Source: Blastocladiella emersonii ATCC 22665
Taxonomy: Eukaryota; Fungi; Blastocladiomycota
Length of the DNA stretch: 64,000 nucleotides
Reading direction: 5' to 3'
NCBI GenBank assembly: GCA_025594325.1
Contig: JANHCV010000001.1
Coordinates: 2,790,001-2,854,000, forward strand
Below are positions 58,383 through 64,000 of this stretch, one piece after another. Under the pieces are notes generated by a model, which worked only from the letters and a program-made list of their open reading frames with translations, was not told where the DNA came from and ran no database searches. The number at the start of each line of letters is the position of its first letter. Within the stretch, counting starts at the first letter, position 1. Made by a program: the position numbers and the translations under genes.

Positions 58383-59036
58383 AAATTCGAGCCGAACGGA
58401 TACCTCGTGGTCGCGGCCCGAGAACAAGGGGAGGCGTGCTGCGGCAAGTCTGAAGGGAAATGTGAAACTCTGGGTTGCTTGCCGCCACGCGACGACCGGA
58501 CCAATCACGGCGGCCCACCGCAGTCGCCGATAAAATCTCCCGAACCATCATCCGGTGCGCTTACTCCAGTGTCTGCTCCTGCCTGCAGGCGGGTTTGCCT
58601 CGCACGTTCTCACTTCGCGGCCAAACTCTGCTCGGGATCTCGGTCTAGGCCTCGATCCTCATGCAGGACTCCGTTGTCGCACCTTCAACTTGGCGTGGCT
58701 TCGCACGAAGGCGGCTCGCCGGATCTCGATGAGATGAGGGACGCGTCCAAAATACCTGGCGAGGCGCGACGCGTGCGCGACGTGGCTTTGCTCGACATGA
58801 TTCGAGAAGCCCTAACGACCTAACGAGGGGCGTGGTGATTGGTCGCGCAGCGCGCTCGAGTGGGGGTTGCTGCGTGGGCGTGAGCTCAGCTCCGCTGCGG
58901 CCCGTGTGATGGCTGCGGTGATGCCGCGTCAAGCGCGTCCACGCGCGCCGATTCATGAGTCGCAAAATGGGATTGGATTTTGATGTAAGGCAACAGGAAC
59001 ATGGGAGCTACGCAGGAATGCAGTGGGGCGACTTGA

Positions 59037-62000
59037 CTACTTCTGCTTGTCGCGGTTGAGGAGCTTGAGGCCGAGGAACGCGAGCACGAGCCACCCGCAC
59101 GCAATGTAGAAGATGGACGCGAGGTCCTTGTCCTCCATGGTGATCGAGTACCCGAACCCGGCGCCAAAGTCGGGCTTGCTCGAGTCGTCGAACCCGCGCG
59201 CCGTCACCTCGCGCAGGTACAGCGCCTCGATCGCGTACCGCGGCGCCGACACGTTCCACATGAACGAGAAGCCAGAGTACACGCTGTTGGGCTCGTACAC
59301 GTCCTTGAGACTCGGCGTCACGCCGCCGAATACGAGCGCCCACCCGAGCGCGAAACCCGTACCGACGAGACCGACCGACTCGCTACGCGCGTTCGGCGAG
59401 CGTCAGTGAGGCCGCATGGTCGCGCGAGAGGACAAGGGTGAGCGTACCGAGACACGAACGTCGACAGGAAGTAGCCCATGGCGAAAGCGGCAAAATAGAG
59501 GAACAGGATGATGACGAACAGCGACAGGAACTATAAGAACGCGTCGAGTTGATGATTAGCCTCGCGACCATGTAGTGCCACGAGATGCACGAGAGGTGCG
59601 TACCTGCGAGCGGTAAGGCCAGAAGAGAATGAGCGACAGCGAGAACATGACGGCGGCCACGAACACGCGCGGGATGCTACAGGGACGCGGCGTCGGGCGT
59701 CAGCTTGGGCCTCGCGGAGCCGAGGTCGAGAAACGCGCGAAACGTACTCGACAATAACCTTGGCGAGGAAGTACGGGAGCGTGGGCATACCGGCCGCCGT
59801 GTCGCGCCAGAACACGACGCGCTCGTTGCCGAACGTCTGCGTGCCGACCGAGATACCTGCGAACAGGACGCCGAGCGACATGAAGATGCCGACCTCGCGA
59901 ATGTGGTCGATGGGCTGCGAGCAGAAGTAGCGGAGCGCGATGGGCGTGAACTGGCACACGCCCTCGGGCTGGCGGCCGAGGTAGTCCATCTGCTGCGACG
60001 CGATCGAGATGAAGGCGCCGCACCCGAGGTGCAGGATCTGGTCGCCGAGGAACCCGTACAGCGAGCGGTACACCTGGAGACCAGCGCGCTTGGCGCACAG
60101 GGCGAAGATGCGGAATGGGTTGGGCGTCTGGCGGACCGGGTCGTGGCGACACGCGACAATCGAGAAGAGCCACGTCACAAACTCCTGCACCACCTCGAAG
60201 GTCGTCGTGAAGAAGTCGTGGATCGACTCCCAAATGCTCATGGCGAACTCGACGATGGGGTTCTTGGACTCCTTGGCGTGGGCGGCGGCCTGCTTCTTGC
60301 GGCCGGCGGCGCCCGACTCGGGGGCGGCGGTGATGGGCTCGCCGCGCACGTGCTTGGCCCAGTACTCGGGCAGCATGTCGATGGTGAACTCGGGATCGAA
60401 CGACGACACGACGGCACCCGTCAGCACGTCCATGTAGTGGTCGGACTCGGAGACGCCCTCGGGGACCTTGAAGCCGATTGACGCAAAGTAGGCGGGAGCC
60501 TCCTCGCGGGGACCACAGTACCCCATGCGGCCGCCCTTGACGAGCAGGATGAGGTCGTGGAACTGCGCGAACGTGGCGGGCGACGGCGAGTGGATGATGG
60601 CGGCGATGGTCATGTTCTGCGTCTCGGCGATCTTGCGGAGCTGCGCGCACACGTCGAGCGAGGTAGACGAGTCGAGACCAGACGTGGGCTACAGATGATG
60701 GTTTTGGTGAGCTTTGGCCACATTGGCGCGCGTGATGAACGTCGTACCTCGTCGAGGAGCAGAACCGACGGGTCGGCGACCATCTCCATGCCGATGTTGA
60801 CACGCTTGCGCTGGCCACCCGAGACACCACGCTCGGCCTCGTTGCCGATGATCGAGTCAGAAACGTGAGCGAGCCCGAGGAAGTCGATGATGCCGGCCAC
60901 CTTGGTGCTGACGACGTCGCGCGCCAGGTTGGCGTCGAGACGCATGTGTGCGGAGTGGTTGAGGATGTCGGACACGGTCAGCTCGCGGAGCATGATGTCC
61001 TCCTGCGGCACGTAACCTTTGCGGGACGAACTCAGTCAGTACACCCGCAAACCATGATCAACGCGCAGCGTACCGATGAGCTTCGAGTAGTGCGAAAGCT
61101 CCTCCTCCTTCTTGCCGATGCGAACCGTGCCCGTGGTGCGCGGCGCCTTGCCCGTGATCAGCGAGAACAGGCTACAAACGTCCGACCAAGTCAGCTCGGC
61201 GACGCGGAACGCTTCAAATGCGGAATCCGCTACGTTGATTTGCCGGCGCCCGACCCACCCATAACGGCCGCAGAACGACCAGCGCGAAGGCGGCCCGAGA
61301 CGTCCTTCATGATGTAGCGTCCGTTGGGGAGCATGCGCGAGATGTTGTCGAACTCGATGTCGAAGGACTTGCGCTCGGCGGCCGCGTCACCGCCCGAGAC
61401 GACGCCGTAGCCGGCGTGGGCCTGCTGGAGCAGGAGCTCCTTGCTGGCGCGGCGGCGGGCGTCGACCTTGGTCTTGAAGTAGAAGACGTAGGAGGCGAGG
61501 ATGGCGAAGCCGATGACGAAGCCGAAGATACCGAAGCGCGTGGGCTTGTCGGTGCCCGAGTCGCAGCGGGCAAAGAAGTGGCACTTGGACGGCTGTGACG
61601 AGCCGAAGGGGCAGTAGAAGCCGGCGGGGCACTCGTAGATGGTGCCCGGGTCGGGGCAGTACAGGCCCGAGGCGCAGTAGCTCGGCTGCGTCGTGTTGGT
61701 CGGGCAGAAGAAACCCGAGGGGCACGGCTGCGTCTCGCTGTTCGGGAACATGCGGAACGAGCCCTTGGGGATGGTGCCCCAGTCGTAGCCGCGGTCGCGC
61801 GCCGTCTGCTCGCTGAACGACGCGAACCGGACCGACTTGCGGATGGTGGGTTCATGGCCGGCGGGGTCCTTGGGGACCTAGACGTGGAGAAACGTGGTGA
61901 TGGTCCATGGTCAGGGACCGTGGCCGCCACCCATGAGCCGCGAGCAAGCCGACCGTACCGTGTACATACGGAACTCGTACATGGCCTCAAAGTCGCGGCC

Positions 62001-62069
62001 CGTGAACTGCGCATTGTTGGGCAGCTTGCCCGGGATGGGCCCGTTCGGGACCTGGTTGGTGGTCGACAT
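59037..62069 (-). CDS. ABCG half-transporter with N-terminal Cys-rich domain + TM, NBD and TMD (5' end uncertain)
   Basis: CPSGFFCP...CPAGFYCP repeats; Walker A GGSGAGKST; signature VSGGQRKRV; Walker B LLLDEP; TMD with FGNERVVFWRDTAAG. At least five introns. Confidence 0.9.
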
Positions 62070-62389
62070 GGCGGCGAGAAGCGCCTGGCGAGAGTAGTGG
62101 CGGCGGTGGCGTTCGCAGCGCTAAGGGTCGCGATGGGAAGGTCGGGAAGGGCAGATGCTGTTGTTGTTGTTGCTGCTAGTCTAGCTCGACAATGAAGGAG
62201 CTTATCGAGAGTGCATGGAAGGGCGAGGGGAGAAGGGAGAGCAGAAGGCGGCGAGGTCGCTGTTCAAGAGGGCGAGAGCGCGTGGGGCTTGCAACTGACC
62301 AGCTGCGGTAAAGTGTCTCCCAGCCACCCAGTCCCTGATCGAGACCCTATAGAACACACTACGTAATTTATCGAGGTACGAGGATAATG

Positions 62390-63395
62390 TTACATAAAGT
62401 CGTCCTCGTCAAAGTCCTTGTTGGTGGTCATGGCGTCCTCCTCGAACAGCGAGTCGTAGGAGGACTGGGCCTTCTTGTTCTTCCACTCCTGCTTCTGCCG
62501 CTCCTCCTCGACGCGCTACAGGGCGGGGAGCAATGGTTAGAGTTGCACGAAGCCGTTCGGAAGGGTAGAGGGAGGGAACGTACGCGCTTGCGCTCCTCGG
62601 CCTTGACCTCGGCGCGCTTGGCCTTCTCGTACTCGAGCTTCTCCTGGGCGAGGTCGGGGTTGCGCTCGACCTTGGTCTTGTTGAGGCGGTTGATGATCTC
62701 GTTGCTGCGGGTCTGGACGTAGACGCGCTTGACGAGCTTGTTCGAGTGGAAGGACACGGCGCCCGTGGCCATGTCGCCCGTCTTCTTGAGGTTCGACGCG
62801 GGCTACTCGACAAGTCATGGTGAGCGATGGCCTCATGCTACTCGAAAAGCGACCGTACCGTGTAGATGATGGTCTGGTTGTCCTTCTTGTTGCCCTCGAT
62901 ACTGTTGGCCTTGGTCAGCTGGCCGAGCTCCTGCAGCAGGACCTCGGGAATGTCGTCCCACGAGGTGCAGTAGACGTGGTCGTCGACGGGCGCCGCCTCG
63001 TTCTTGGGCGGCGTGTAGAACTTGCCCTTGCGGCCGGCCGGCGCGGACGGAGCCGCGGCCTCCTCGGGAGCGGGCGCGGGGACCACCTTGCACGGCTGCA
63101 GGCGCAGGTAGATGTGGGCACTCGACAGCTTGTCGACGTGGAACCACACGTCCGAGTCCCACGAGTGCTTGATGAGCTCCTCGTCTAGTCGCACGGGGAC
63201 TCGGTGAGCTCGTGCCGCGGCCGCCCACTGACCGCAACAAACGTACTCTCAAACTTGTCCCGGCCCATGTAGATGATGGCTGGGGGCTCCACGACTAGGA
63301 GGGCGGGGAAGGTCCTCAGTCAGCCGAGGTCGGTCGCATGCCGCCATTTCATGAGATACATGTTGCTTACCGTTCGAGGTAAAGTAGAGGACCAT
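62390..63395 (-). CDS. CCDC25: CCDC25/Jlp2-like NFACT-R protein
   Basis: MVLYFTS...IIYMGRDKFEN...WFHVDKLSSAHIYLRL...QLTKANSIEGNKKDN...NLKKTGDMATGAVSFH...NEIINRLNKTK...DFDEDDFM*. Confidence 0.92.
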
Positions 63396-64000
63396 TTTGA
63401 CGCAGTTGCACCAAGTCAAGGCGTTGCGCTCTATTCGCAGCGAGGAGCAGGAGAGCGGAGAAGTTGCCGATGGCCAGCGAGCAGAGGAAAGCGGCTGCAG
63501 ATCGTGGCGTGAATGCACGTGAGGTCTGAGCCACGCGATCCACGACGCGTCTCCCGCCTGGCGACCCCGGCGGAGCGCTCCCCCGTATCAGCCTGCTTGT
63601 TACCGGGTGCAGTCGCGCCAGTCGCACGCCAGCGCCGTGCACCCGAGACCATGACGGATCGTGACCAGCTCCCGGTAACAAGTCGCCGCCGCGGCGGGTG
63701 GGCGACGAACAAGCAAGGGTCACCCGGGCTCGCGCGTGATTGGGCCCTTTTGTGTGTGTGCGCGCGCTCTGGCAGGCGGCCGGAAGGTGGATCACCCTTG
63801 TGTACGGGCGCAGGCGAGCGGGACGGAGGAGGCCGTGCTCGCGAGCACGCGTTGGGCGCGAGTCCCCCCGCCGCTTTCCAATTTTTGTTTTTGAACTTGT
63901 GGGGGCGCGCCGGCGGAACCTGCCTGTTTGTGGAGTAGGCGTCCTTTCCCCACGCGTCGCGTCGCGTCGCGCGCGCGTGGCCCCTTCCCCTCTTGACCCT

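Noticed and set aside
57504-59036. tRNA, snRNA or CRISPR features in the larger intergenic regions (also 13831-14687, 33188-34344, 63396-64000)
   Set aside because: I could not see a cloverleaf with A/B boxes, an Sm site with matching stems, or regularly spaced direct repeats.

Overview
This is eukaryotic genomic DNA: very GC-rich, compact, with short spliceosomal introns (mostly GTACG donors, CTGAC/CTAAC branch points, YAG acceptors). The gene set is fungal-like and includes a ciliary transition-zone gene (AHI1-like), which points to a zoosporic fungus, plausibly Blastocladiomycota; that placement is inferred, not verified. I count 25 protein genes. Most are housekeeping: ERD2, a PPR protein, CTU2, EXO84, PSP1-like, COX15, PPIH, UBA2, PPIL4, RNR1, RCHY1, an ACAP-type ArfGAP, VMA2, an F-box/WD40 protein, a rhodanese-PTP, a reticulon, a Pcl cyclin, an ABCG transporter and CCDC25. 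Four architectures stand out. (1) A stand-alone, catalytically degenerate NRPS condensation-like domain, split by a coiled-coil/SAM-like/coiled-coil insert. (2) A class I cyclic-nucleotide PDE fused to a membrane module resembling that of animal membrane adenylyl cyclases, next to an orphan 7TM gene. (3) A dCache-HAMP receptor with no output domain and an Arg-to-Glu change in the amino-acid-binding motif. (4) An isolated retroelement ORF1/Gag-like gene (RRM-like x3 plus CCHC) with no reverse transcriptase. I found no tRNA, rRNA or CRISPR features. All domain calls come from motif recognition by eye, with no database search.
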